Assembly (NCBI GenBank): GCA_051892935.1
Contig: JBJFGS010000045.1
Coordinates: forward strand, 1-30,704
Source: Candidatus Coprovivens sp.
GTDB taxonomy: Bacteria > Bacillota_I > Bacilli_A > RF39 > UBA660
DNA length: 30,704 nucleotides
Direction of reading: 5' to 3'
Shown: positions 18,132 through 27,967 of the stretch, in pieces
How positions within the stretch are numbered: position 1 is the stretch's first letter
Layout: each line of letters starts with the position of its first letter
The notes under the pieces: model-generated
What the model was told of the DNA's origin: nothing
The model's input: only the letters and a program-made list of their open reading frames with translations
Databases searched by the model: none
Program-made: the position numbers and the translations under genes

Positions 18132-18458
18132 GTGAACATAAAAGAAACTACAGGATATAAAAATTCTAAGAATAAAATAAAAAAGAATTATGATGCACAA
18201 AATAAATTATCAAAAATAATATCTCATATTGAAGCAACAAAAGATATAAATGATTTAAAAACTAATGTACTCTCATATATTTATGGATATGAAGAATTAA
18301 AAAATGACTTATCAGGATATCATAGATTCGGAATAGATAAAAATTCCAAAACAGGAAAACTAAGACTTATATTTTCTATATCGAATAATACGATTAATAT
18401 AGAATACATATCTGATAATCATTATGAAGATTTTAAAAAATACTTAAAAGGAAAATAG
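18132..18458 (+). CDS. HigB/RelE-like toxin
   Basis: 108 aa, basic; YEELKNDLSGYHRF...LRLIF...IEYISDNHY matches the HigB pattern; lies upstream of a HigA-like gene. Confidence 0.72.
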   Translation: MNIKETTGYKNSKNKIKKNYDAQNKLSKIISHIEATKDINDLKTNVLSYIYGYEELKNDLSGYHRFGIDKNSKTGKLRLIFSISNNTINIEYISDNHYEDFKKYLKGK

Positions 18459-18467
18459 GTGATATAT

Positions 18468-19493
18468 ATGACACATGTAAGATTTGCTGAAGTATTAAAA
18501 GATTATTTAGAAGATCAAAACATTTCTAATAAAGAATTTGCTACAAGAATAGGTATTACCCCAAAACATTTAATAGATATATTAAATGGAGAAGTAAGTC
18601 TATCTCCTAATATCATAGTAGCTATATCTATAGTAACATCTATACCTACTGATTATATATTAAAGATGGAAGAAAACTATATAATTGAAGAATATATTAA
18701 TACATTTATAAAAGAAAAAAACATTACATTAAATGAATACTTAAACAAATTCTCATATAAAGAACTAATTAAGAAAAATTGGATTAACTTTACTTATATA
18801 GATAATAAGATAGATATATTAATAGACATATTAAAATATCTAAGAGTAGATAATCCATATAACTTATATAAAATAGATAAAAACATCTTCTATAAAAGTA
18901 ATAACAATAAACCTGAAGTATTAATGTTATGGTTAGAAAGATGTTATAAAATAGCCAAAAATCAAAAAGTAGATAAATATAATAGTGATAATATTATAAA
19001 ACTAGTTAATTATATAAAAAATAATGCTATTAACAATATTTTTAATGAAAAATTATTAATCAAAGAATTCAATAAATATGGTATTCAATTAGTTATAGAA
19101 GATGACTTACCAGGTTCTAAAATAAGAGGAGCCTTTAAAGTAAATGGAAATGTACCTTCAATATACATTACTAGAAAACATAAAAGAATAGCAGATATTT
19201 ATTTTGCTTTATTACATGAACTAGCTCATTGTAAAAGTGATTATAATAAAGCTAAAAGTACTAGTATAGTTTCTTATATAGATGAAATAGATATCGAAGA
19301 AAAAGCTGATTCTCAAGCATTAAATTGGATGATAGATGATAAAGACTATAATATAATTAAAAGTAATATATCTTATATTAATAGTTCAAACTATCCTAAA
19401 TGTTTCATAGTATATAGATTAGCTAAAGATAACTTAATAAGTTATAAATCTAACCTATATCAAAGTAATAATATATTAATAGATAAAGAGTAA
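18468..19493 (+). CDS. HigA-like XRE HTH antitoxin fused to ImmA/IrrE metallopeptidase-like domain
   Basis: EVLKDYLE...ISNKEFATRIGITPKHLIDILNG HTH; FALLHELAH (HExxH), EEKADSQA. ATG 18468 follows AGGTGA. Confidence 0.85.
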   Translation: MTHVRFAEVLKDYLEDQNISNKEFATRIGITPKHLIDILNGEVSLSPNIIVAISIVTSIPTDYILKMEENYIIEEYINTFIKEKNITLNEYLNKFSYKELIKKNWINFTYIDNKIDILIDILKYLRVDNPYNLYKIDKNIFYKSNNNKPEVLMLWLERCYKIAKNQKVDKYNSDNIIKLVNYIKNNAINNIFNEKLLIKEFNKYGIQLVIEDDLPGSKIRGAFKVNGNVPSIYITRKHKRIADIYFALLHELAHCKSDYNKAKSTSIVSYIDEIDIEEKADSQALNWMIDDKDYNIIKSNISYINSSNYPKCFIVYRLAKDNLISYKSNLYQSNNILIDKE

Positions 19494-19550
19494 AAAATAT
19501 AATTCAACATAAAAAACAAGTTATGAACGCAAATACATAATTTAATATAT

Positions 19551-19688
19551 AAGACATTTAATCATATATTTTAAATAGTTTGCCTGATATTTAAAAGACA
19601 ATTTAAACGATAGGGTGTATTTCTAGAGGCAAAATAGAAATATGCATGACTGCGGAGACACTTACGAAAGTAAGATGTCTCTTTTTTT
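19551..19688 (+). ncRNA. Candidate structured small RNA + terminator, copy 2 of the 138-bp direct repeat
   Basis: Identical to 17835-17972 except A17854/T19570. Confidence 0.6.
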
Positions 19689-19767
19689 ATTTTCTAGAGG
19701 AGGTGATTATATATAAAATAAATAATTTTAAAATAAAAAAGAATTAAACAAAGAAAGGAAAATAAAA

Positions 19768-20589
19768 ATGACTGAATTAGAAAATTATAATGAAAAAATG
19801 TTCGAAGATATAAAACATATAGATGAATACGGAAACGAATACTGGTATGCACGCGAGTTGATGCCTTTGCTTCATTATAGCAAATGGGAGAATTTCAATA
19901 ATGTAATTCAAAAGGCTATGTTAGCTTATAAAAATAGCAATAATGATGATTCATATTGGCTTCCCGAAGTCAAGAAGCCAATAATAACTGGTAAGGGAAA
20001 AGAAGAATTTATTAAAGATTATAAATTATCAAGATATATATGCTATTTAATAGTTCAAAATGCTAATCCTAAAAAGAAGATGGTAGCTTTAGGCCAAACT
20101 TACTTTGCTATTCAAACTAGAAAACAAGAATTAAGTGAAAAAGAATATAGTGAACTTACCGAAGATGAGAAGAGATTTTATCAAAGAAATTTAACTAGAA
20201 AAGGAAATTATTCTTTAAATATTGCTGCTAGAAATGCTGGAGTAAAAAACTTTGATAGATTTCATAATGCAGGTTATAAAGGATTATATAACGGAGAAAC
20301 TGCAGATGATATTGCCAAAAGAAAGAAACTTAGATATAGAGAAGACATTTTAGATAATATGGGTAGTGATGAACTGATTGCTAACTTGTTTAGGATTTCT
20401 CAAACAGAACAAAAATTAAAGAATGAAAATATTAAGTCGGAAAGTAAAGCAAATGAAACTCATTATGAAGTTGGAAAGGAAATTAGAAATACAATTAAGA
20501 GATTAGGCGGTACTATGCCCGAAGAATTACCTACACCAGATAAAAGTTTAAAAGAACTAGAAAAAGATAATAATAAATTAATTAGATAA
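19768..20589 (+). CDS. dinD: DNA damage-inducible protein D (Bro-N-like domain)
   Basis: FEDIKH.DE.G.EYW.ARELM..L.Y..W.NF, DYKLSRY.CYLIVQN, QTYFAIQTR.QE, F.NAGYKGLY, ILDNMGS.EL.ANLFR, GGTMPE.LPTP. Confidence 0.9.
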   Translation: MTELENYNEKMFEDIKHIDEYGNEYWYARELMPLLHYSKWENFNNVIQKAMLAYKNSNNDDSYWLPEVKKPIITGKGKEEFIKDYKLSRYICYLIVQNANPKKKMVALGQTYFAIQTRKQELSEKEYSELTEDEKRFYQRNLTRKGNYSLNIAARNAGVKNFDRFHNAGYKGLYNGETADDIAKRKKLRYREDILDNMGSDELIANLFRISQTEQKLKNENIKSESKANETHYEVGKEIRNTIKRLGGTMPEELPTPDKSLKELEKDNNKLIR

Positions 20590-20625
20590 AGATAATAGTG
20601 CAATACTTTATTGCACTATTATCTT
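20588..20625 (+). terminator. Long hairpin terminator (possibly bidirectional)
   Basis: AAGATAATAGTGCAAT-ACTTT-ATTGCACTATTATCTT, 16-bp perfect stem. Confidence 0.7.
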
Positions 20626-20723
20626 GCTTATTAATATACAAAAGACAAATACTGAATAATAGTAAATATATAATAAACACCTAATAAAAGTATGCTATAA
20701 TCATAATAGAAGAGAGTGATAAT

Positions 20724-21272
20724 ATGTGGGTATATATAATTATAGTAGTAGTTATAATAATTTTATTATTACTATTCACAACTTATAATAGTTTCATAAA
20801 TCTAAACAATAAAGTAGAAGAAGCTTTCTCTACAATGGATATATATTTAAAAAAAAGATGGGATTTAATCCCAAATCTTGTAGAAATAGTAAAAGAATAT
20901 GCTAAATACGAAAAAAACACTTTAGAAGAAGTAATCAATTTAAGAAATAGTTCTTATGAAAAAAAGAACATAAATGATAAAGTTGAAATTAACAATATAT
21001 TATCTAACGATATTAATAAATTAATGATTCTAGCAGAAGCATATCCTAATCTTAAAGCAAATGAGAGTTTTAAAGATTTAAGTAAACAATTAACAAAAAT
21101 AGAAGAAGATATTGCCAATGCCAGAAAATATTATAACGGAACAGTTAGAATTTTTAATAATAAAGTTAAAATGTTTCCAAGTAATATAATAGCTAGTATA
21201 TTTGGTTATAAAGAAAAAAATATGTTTGAAATAAAAGAAAACGAACGTAGTAATATTAAAATAGATTTATAA
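20724..21272 (+). CDS. LemA family protein
   Basis: N-terminal TM, YN......N.VEEAFS..D..LKKRWDLIPNLV, EAYPNLKA, ARKYYN, FPSNIIA..FG. Confidence 0.93.
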   Translation: MWVYIIIVVVIIILLLLFTTYNSFINLNNKVEEAFSTMDIYLKKRWDLIPNLVEIVKEYAKYEKNTLEEVINLRNSSYEKKNINDKVEINNILSNDINKLMILAEAYPNLKANESFKDLSKQLTKIEEDIANARKYYNGTVRIFNNKVKMFPSNIIASIFGYKEKNMFEIKENERSNIKIDL

Positions 21273-21285
21273 GGAGAAATGAAAA

Positions 21286-23256
21286 ATGAAAAAATTATTA
21301 ACAAATATTTCATCTTTTACAATTATATTTATAATATCACTAATACTAATTCCTATTAATGTACTTGCTTCATCTACAGAAAAAAGCAATTATGATTATA
21401 TTATAAATAGTTATGATATTAATATTATTGTTAACGAAAATAATACATTTAATATAACTGAAAATATCGAAACACATTTTAATATAGCTAAACATGGTAT
21501 ATATAGAAAAATACCATTAAAAAATAAAGTAACAAGATTAGATGGAACGACCTCAAATAATCGTGCTACAATTAGTGAAATAAGTGTTAATGAAAATTAT
21601 TCACTATATAACGAAAATGGTTATAAAGTAATTAAAATAGGTGATACAAATCGTACCCTAACCGGACAAAAAAACTATACAATTAGTTATTTATATAACA
21701 TCGGAAAAGATAAAGGAAAAGACTACGACGAACTATATTTTAATCTAATTGGTAATGAATGGGATACAAGCATCAGTAATATAACTTTTACTATTACAAT
21801 GCCTAAAGAATTTGATAAATCAAAACTAGGTTTTTCAAGTGGAAAAAAAGGTTCAACAGATAGTTCAAATATAACATATGAGGTAAATGATAATGTCATT
21901 ACTGGTAAAGTAAATAAAACATTAAACCCAGGAGAAGCATTAACAATAAGATTAGAATTACCAGAAGGATATTTTGTGGGAACTAGTTATAATTTAGATC
22001 CAATGATGATAATTTCTCTTATCTTACCTATATCATTTGTTTTAATATCATTTTTTATCTGGAGAATATATGGTAAAGATAACCAAGTTATTGAAACGGT
22101 TGAATTCTCCCCACCCGAAGGTTTTAATAGTTTAGAAGTCGGCTTTTTGTATAAGGGAACAGCAAATAATCAAGATGTTACATCTTTACTAGTATATTTA
22201 GCAAATAAAGGATACATAAAAATATCAGAATATGAAGAAAAATCTCTATTATCAACATCTCAAGGATTTAAAATAACTAAATTAAAAGAATATGATGGTA
22301 ATAATATAAATGAATATTTATTTTTTAACGGATTATTTGATAGAAAAAATAAAATTCCCCATTTTTCTATTTTTAGTAATAATAAAGATACAAGCAATGA
22401 TAATGAAGTTACTTCATCAGAATTATATAATAACTTTTATACTACTATGGATAAGATATTATCTAATATAAATAGTAAAACAAATAAAGAAAAAATACTT
22501 GAAAAAAAAGCATCTAGTAAATCAAAGTTTATTGTATTAATGATTATATTAACTTATTGCTTAATTACAATATCTCCAATCAAAGCCTATGGAAAATCAT
22601 CTGGAATATTATTTGCATTATTATTTCCGAGTATAGGTTTTACGATAATATTATCAACATTATTTGGAGAAAAACAAAAAGTTTCTGTACCAGGTAAAGG
22701 CAAAATATTGTCGATTTTTGATCAAATACTTGCTCTTATCTGTGGAGGAATGCTAGCTGGAGTACCTTGGTATTCAATGGTATGGCCTTTCTTAAAACAA
22801 GATTATTATTATTTAGCAATATATATAATAGGATTATTATGTATTACTATATTATGTATATGTTTAAAATATTTGCCAAAAAGAACACCTTATGGTAATG
22901 AAATGTTAGGTAAATTAAAAGGATTTAAAAACTTCCTAGAAACAGCTGAAAAAGATAATTTAGAAGCAATGGTTTTGAAAGATCCTAGTTATTTTTATAA
23001 CATATTACCATACACTTATGTATTAGGTGTATCAGATAAATGGATTAAGAAATTTGAAAGTATTACATTACAAGCTCCATCTTGGTATGAAAGCCAAAGA
23101 TCTTTTAATATAGTTTCTTTTAATTCATTTATGAATAATACAATGACATCTGCTCAAAAATCATTATCTTCTAGTCCTTATAGCAGTTCAGGTGGTTCAT
23201 CAGGAGGTGGCTCATCAGGAGGCGGCTCTGGTGGTGGCGGAGGCGGCTCCTGGTAA
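21286..23256 (+). CDS. DUF2207 family membrane protein
   Basis: Signal peptide, HGIYRKIP, ELYFNLIG.EW, GFKNFL, LPY.YVLG, Gly/Ser tail ending GGGGGGSW; classic LemA partner. Confidence 0.9.
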   Translation: MKKLLTNISSFTIIFIISLILIPINVLASSTEKSNYDYIINSYDINIIVNENNTFNITENIETHFNIAKHGIYRKIPLKNKVTRLDGTTSNNRATISEISVNENYSLYNENGYKVIKIGDTNRTLTGQKNYTISYLYNIGKDKGKDYDELYFNLIGNEWDTSISNITFTITMPKEFDKSKLGFSSGKKGSTDSSNITYEVNDNVITGKVNKTLNPGEALTIRLELPEGYFVGTSYNLDPMMIISLILPISFVLISFFIWRIYGKDNQVIETVEFSPPEGFNSLEVGFLYKGTANNQDVTSLLVYLANKGYIKISEYEEKSLLSTSQGFKITKLKEYDGNNINEYLFFNGLFDRKNKIPHFSIFSNNKDTSNDNEVTSSELYNNFYTTMDKILSNINSKTNKEKILEKKASSKSKFIVLMIILTYCLITISPIKAYGKSSGILFALLFPSIGFTIILSTLFGEKQKVSVPGKGKILSIFDQILALICGGMLAGVPWYSMVWPFLKQDYYYLAIYIIGLLCITILCICLKYLPKRTPYGNEMLGKLKGFKNFLETAEKDNLEAMVLKDPSYFYNILPYTYVLGVSDKWIKKFESITLQAPSWYESQRSFNIVSFNSFMNNTMTSAQKSLSSSPYSSSGGSSGGGSSGGGSGGGGGGSW

Positions 23257-23282
23257 AATAAAAAAATAAAGGTGATTATAAT

Positions 23283-23900
23283 ATGATATGTCCAAATTGT
23301 AATAAAGAAAATAAAAACACAAACATAAGATGTGAATATTGTTCAACAGAATTAATTGATATAAATAAATTTAATAATCTAGAAGATTTAACTCCTAATG
23401 ATATCGTTATGGGAGCAAAATCAGCTAAGTATTTAAAATTGGGAATAGGTTGTTTAAGCATAATGTTTCTTGGCTTATGGCTATTGGTAGGATTAGGATT
23501 TTTGGGAATGGGATTATATTGTACTATTTCAGAACATAATCAAACAAAAGAATATGAAAGCACAACAGGAGTATTAAAAGGTTATACTAATTGTAGTTAT
23601 AGTGATGGTAGCAAACTTTGTAATGCAACATATGAATATGAAGTAGATGGTATTAGATATACAGCATCACCTAGTAAATTTAGTAATCGTAGTAGCTTTG
23701 AAAAAAATAAAATAGTCTACTATAACCCAAATAACCCTAGTGAATCAATAATATATGCCGACTGGAATATAATAATAATTACTGGACTAATATTTATTGT
23801 TGTAGTTGTAATAATCTCTATTATAATTATTAATTTTACAAAGAAAATACCAAAAGATGAAAAAAATTATACAACTAAAATTTACAATAATAATAATTAA
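23283..23900 (+). CDS. Zinc-ribbon + DUF3592-like membrane protein
   Basis: CPNC...CEYC; TM; YEYEVDG..Y, VYYNPNNPSES; TM. Confidence 0.7.
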   Translation: MICPNCNKENKNTNIRCEYCSTELIDINKFNNLEDLTPNDIVMGAKSAKYLKLGIGCLSIMFLGLWLLVGLGFLGMGLYCTISEHNQTKEYESTTGVLKGYTNCSYSDGSKLCNATYEYEVDGIRYTASPSKFSNRSSFEKNKIVYYNPNNPSESIIYADWNIIIITGLIFIVVVVIISIIIINFTKKIPKDEKNYTTKIYNNNN

Positions 23901-24045
23901 TTTAAAATTTCAAAAAATAATAAAAAGAATAAATACCAATTAATTTCAAAATTATATTAATATTAATATAGTTTTTTATCTTGTATCTATTTATCAATTG
24001 CAACCCTATACTATAAATAGTATAATTAATATAATAGGTGATAGT

Positions 24046-25419
24046 ATGAAGTATTTAAAAAAATTAATTATAATAATATTGTTATTTCCTTTCTTAGTAA
24101 ATGCAAAAGAAAACATAAACTATGATTGGGGAGATTACCTAGAAGAATGGCCAAATATTTACGATGTAGCAGAAACTAAAGATGGCTATGTTGCCTATGG
24201 AAGCCAAAATGCCATATATTATGATAAATCCGGTAATGTTTTAAAAGAAGTATCATTGGATGATGTATCTTGCGATATAGTAGTATATAATAAAGAATCT
24301 AAACAATTCTTATGCTTAGATTCATATGGTGATTATAGCGTTTCACCATCTAAATATTACACTAACGCTTATTATTTAGACGAAGATTATGAGATTATAA
24401 AAGAAACTAAATTTGAAATTGATTTATTAAGATCCTATTATAGTTACACAAATGAATTAGAAGATGAAATAGCTATTTTAGATATCGATAATCTATATAC
24501 AATTATTCTTTCTAAAGACTTATCTAAATTAGAAATATATTCTGTAAGAGACCAAACTGAAGAAGATTTAAAAAAGTATTGGCAAGACTACTATATTTTA
24601 ATAGATTTAAATAACAATGAAGAAAACGAAGACAAAGAATATTATTCAATCATAAAAAATGATAATTACATAGCTTTAGCTTATTATGATTATGAACTAT
24701 CGACTTATGGAGTAGAAGTATATGATAAAAAAGGAAACTTAATATCTAGTAATAATAACATTTCTGAAAACTATATCAATATCGAGTTAACTAATGATGG
24801 TTATTATGTCATAATTGAAAATGATATATCAAATAGAAGTGATTGTAGAAACGAAGAAACATGTAAATCACAACTTGAACTAAAAAAATATAACTTTAAT
24901 AGTAAAGAAATATATAGTAAAGAATTACAAACTATAGTTAATGATAACTATAATTATTATCATAATAGTGGGATTAGAATAACAAAGACCAAAATATTAA
25001 ATAACAATTTATTTTTATTAAGTAACTACATTGTAGCTCCGAAAAAAATTGATTTAGAAAAAGAAATAACTGGAAAAAAACCATCAATAATAAAATATTA
25101 TTTTACATATGATATTGAAACTAAAACTGATGGTAATGGTACAATAAAAGCTATCACTTCATCAATTCCAGGAGAACCAGTAACATTTGAAATAACACCG
25201 ATAGATGGTTATGAAATAGGATTAATTAAAGTAACAGATGCAAATGGTAATGTTATAACATTTACTTCAAACACCTTTACAATGCCATCATCAGATGTAA
25301 CAATAGAAGCAACCTTTGTAGCTAGTAATCCTAATACTAGTGACTATATTATGTATTTACTTATTATTATTGGCTCAATAATATTATTTAGATTACTATT
25401 AAAAGAAAGAAAAGTATAA
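24046..25419 (+). CDS. Secreted/surface protein with C-terminal B-repeat-like domain and NPNTSD-TM-basic tail
   Basis: MKYLKK signal peptide (ATG 24046 after AGGTGA); GNGTI...GEPVTFEITP.DGY...FTMPSSDVTIEATF; NPNTSD + hydrophobic helix + KERKV. Confidence 0.72.
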   Translation: MKYLKKLIIIILLFPFLVNAKENINYDWGDYLEEWPNIYDVAETKDGYVAYGSQNAIYYDKSGNVLKEVSLDDVSCDIVVYNKESKQFLCLDSYGDYSVSPSKYYTNAYYLDEDYEIIKETKFEIDLLRSYYSYTNELEDEIAILDIDNLYTIILSKDLSKLEIYSVRDQTEEDLKKYWQDYYILIDLNNNEENEDKEYYSIIKNDNYIALAYYDYELSTYGVEVYDKKGNLISSNNNISENYINIELTNDGYYVIIENDISNRSDCRNEETCKSQLELKKYNFNSKEIYSKELQTIVNDNYNYYHNSGIRITKTKILNNNLFLLSNYIVAPKKIDLEKEITGKKPSIIKYYFTYDIETKTDGNGTIKAITSSIPGEPVTFEITPIDGYEIGLIKVTDANGNVITFTSNTFTMPSSDVTIEATFVASNPNTSDYIMYLLIIIGSIILFRLLLKERKV

Positions 25420-25420
25420 T

Positions 25421-25454
25421 AAAAAAGCTAGTGCATATAATGCATTAGCTTTTT
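25421..25454 (+). terminator. Intrinsic terminator
   Basis: AAAAAGCTAGTGCAT-ATA-ATGCATTAGCTTTTT. Confidence 0.7.
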
Positions 25455-25645
25455 ATATCATTAATGAAAACCAATCTTATATATGATAAAATAACATATG
25501 AAAGTAGATAAAATAATACTTATAAACAATTAATATTCATATGTAAACTAAAAAAATAATTCTAGTAATTATCTAATTATATAGTTTAAGATATTATAAA
25601 AAGAAATTTCATTAATGCCAAGATTAATAATTTAGGAGTGATAAC

Positions 25646-26464
25646 ATGAAATTCACAAAAATGCATGGTTTAGGAAATGACTATATTTATATTGAAGATA
25701 ATAATGATAATATAGACTATAGTAAATTATCTATTATATTAAGTGATAGACATAAAGGTATTGGAGCAGATGGTATAATAACAATCTCTAAAAGTAATAA
25801 AGCTGATTTCTTTATGCAAATATATAATGCTGATGGCTCTAAAGGAGAAATGTGCGGTAATGGTATTAGATGTGTAGGTAAATATGTATATGAAAAACAT
25901 CTAACAGACAAAAAAAGTATAACTATAGACACATTAGCAGGTATCAAATACTTAGATTTAAATATTGAAAATGGTCTAGTAAAATCTGTTAAAGTAGATA
26001 TGGGAATTCCAACATGTCACGATGGTAGTCAATTAAATTTAGATAGAATAAAACATGAGTTACACAATCAAGAAGTATATGATGTATCAATGGGAAACCC
26101 TCATACCATAATATTTGTTCCCAAAATAACTGATGAACATGTCTTAAAATTAGGACCTATTATTGAAAAAGATCCATATTATAAAGATAGAACAAATGTA
26201 GAATTTGTTAGCATTAATAGTGAAAACGAAATAACAATACGAGTATGGGAAAGAGGCAGTGGCGAAACAATGGCTTGTGGCACAGGCTCATGTGCATCAG
26301 CAGTAGCAACTATGTTATTAAATAATAAAAAAGGTACAATAACAGCCCATCTACTAGGTGGCGATTTAAAAATAACATGGTTAGAAAACAATCACATAAT
26401 AATGGAAGGACCGGCTACCAAAGTATATGATGGAGAATTCAATATAGAAGATATAACTAATTAA
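25646..26464 (+). CDS. dapF: Diaminopimelate epimerase
   Basis: FTKMHGLGND, GIGADG, NADGS..EMCGNG, SMGNPH, ERG.GET.ACGTG. Confidence 0.96.
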   Translation: MKFTKMHGLGNDYIYIEDNNDNIDYSKLSIILSDRHKGIGADGIITISKSNKADFFMQIYNADGSKGEMCGNGIRCVGKYVYEKHLTDKKSITIDTLAGIKYLDLNIENGLVKSVKVDMGIPTCHDGSQLNLDRIKHELHNQEVYDVSMGNPHTIIFVPKITDEHVLKLGPIIEKDPYYKDRTNVEFVSINSENEITIRVWERGSGETMACGTGSCASAVATMLLNNKKGTITAHLLGGDLKITWLENNHIIMEGPATKVYDGEFNIEDITN

Positions 26465-26505
26465 AACAATAACATATGTTATAATAAAATAAGGGAGTGA
26501 TAATT

Positions 26506-27525
26506 ATGAAAATATTAGTAACAGGAGGAACAGGATACATAGGTAGTCATGCCTGTGTAGAATTATTAAATAATAACTATGAAGTTGTAATAGTAGATAA
26601 CCTTAGTAATTCAAAAAGAGAAGTAGTAAATAAAATAAAACAAATAACTGGTAAAGAAGTTAAGTTCTATAAACAAGATGTATGTAATAAAAAAGCTCTT
26701 CAAAAGATTTTCTCTGAAAATCAAATAGATGCAGTTATACATTTTGCTGGTTTAAAAGCTGTCGGTGAATCTGTAAAAAAACCTCTAATGTATTATCGTA
26801 ATAACTTAGATTCAACATTAAGTCTACTTGAAGTAATGAATGAGTATAATTGTAAAAATATAGTATTCTCATCTAGTGCTACAGTATATGGTTCACCAAA
26901 AAGCCTACCAATAAAAGAAGATTTCCCACTATCAACAACTAATCCTTATGGTTCAACAAAACTTATGATAGAAGATATCTTAAGAGATTTATATGTATCT
27001 GATAATTCTTGGAGTATAGCATTACTAAGATACTTTAACCCTATTGGAGCTCATGAAAGTGGTTTAATAGGAGAAAATCCAAATGGTATTCCAAACAATT
27101 TAATGCCTTATATTATAAAGGTTGCTATAGGCGAACTACCTGTCTTAAATGTATTTGGTAATGATTATGATACCAAAGATGGAACAGGTGTAAGAGATTA
27201 CATACATGTAGTAGATTTAGCTAAAGGACATATAAAAGCTATTGAACATGTTCTAAAGACAAAAGGTGTAGATACATTCAATTTAGGAACAGGTCATGGA
27301 TATAGTGTATTAGAACTAGTAAAAACATTTGAAAAAGTAAATAATATAAAAGTAAACTATAAAATAACTGATAGAAGACCTGGTGACATAGCATCATGCT
27401 ATGCTGATCCTACCAAAGCAAAAGAAATATTAGGATGGGAAGCTGAAAAAGATATTGAAGAAATGTGCCGAGACGGATATCACTTCATTGAAACAATGCA
27501 CAAAAATAAAAAGGAAAATCATTAA
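26506..27525 (+). CDS. galE: UDP-glucose 4-epimerase
   Basis: TGGTGYIGSH, HFAGLKAVGES, FSSSATVYG, LRYFNP.GAH, PNNLMP, RDYIHV. Confidence 0.96.
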   Translation: MKILVTGGTGYIGSHACVELLNNNYEVVIVDNLSNSKREVVNKIKQITGKEVKFYKQDVCNKKALQKIFSENQIDAVIHFAGLKAVGESVKKPLMYYRNNLDSTLSLLEVMNEYNCKNIVFSSSATVYGSPKSLPIKEDFPLSTTNPYGSTKLMIEDILRDLYVSDNSWSIALLRYFNPIGAHESGLIGENPNGIPNNLMPYIIKVAIGELPVLNVFGNDYDTKDGTGVRDYIHVVDLAKGHIKAIEHVLKTKGVDTFNLGTGHGYSVLELVKTFEKVNNIKVNYKITDRRPGDIASCYADPTKAKEILGWEAEKDIEEMCRDGYHFIETMHKNKKENH

Positions 27526-27528
27526 AAA

Positions 27529-27888
27529 ATGACATATAAACTAAATATAAATAATAGAGCATTTAATGCAATCAAGAACAAAACAAAAAAAGTAGAAATA
27601 AGAGCTACTAAATTAGATAATAGTTTTGACTATAGTATTTTAAAAGAAAATGACTATATAGAATTCACTTCTTATGATAAAGAAGTAATATTATGCAAAA
27701 TAATAAAAATTAATTGGTATTCCTCTATCGAAGAACTACTTACTAAAGAAGGTACTAAATATACTTTATCATCTACAGATGATTATGAAGAAGGAATAAA
27801 ATCAATAAATAGTTTAGAAGGTTATAAAGAAGCAATTCCCATTAACGGAGTATATGCAATTCATCTAGAATACATAAGAGAAATGTAA
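27529..27888 (+). CDS. ASCH-domain (PUA-like) protein
   Basis: F.AIKN.TK.VEIR, D.IEF, Y.S.EELL..EG, GV.AI. Confidence 0.7.
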   Translation: MTYKLNINNRAFNAIKNKTKKVEIRATKLDNSFDYSILKENDYIEFTSYDKEVILCKIIKINWYSSIEELLTKEGTKYTLSSTDDYEEGIKSINSLEGYKEAIPINGVYAIHLEYIREM

Positions 27889-27967
27889 AAAACATTTCTT
27901 TTTATATTTAAAAGGTTTTTAATTCTAAAAAAATAATATATAATTAAATAAAATAAGGAGTGATAAT

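Noticed and set aside
17835-19688. 138-bp repeat as a CRISPR array, IS ends, tRNA or purine riboswitch
   Set aside because: Only two long copies in direct orientation; no cas or transposase gene; no cloverleaf; the purine-riboswitch core and the hammerhead CUGAnGA core are absent
23180-23256. GC-rich repetitive patch
   Set aside because: Encodes the normal Gly/Ser tail of DUF2207 proteins
25455-25645. Possible lysine riboswitch upstream of dapF
   Set aside because: Extremely AT-rich, with no recognisable conserved core or long stems
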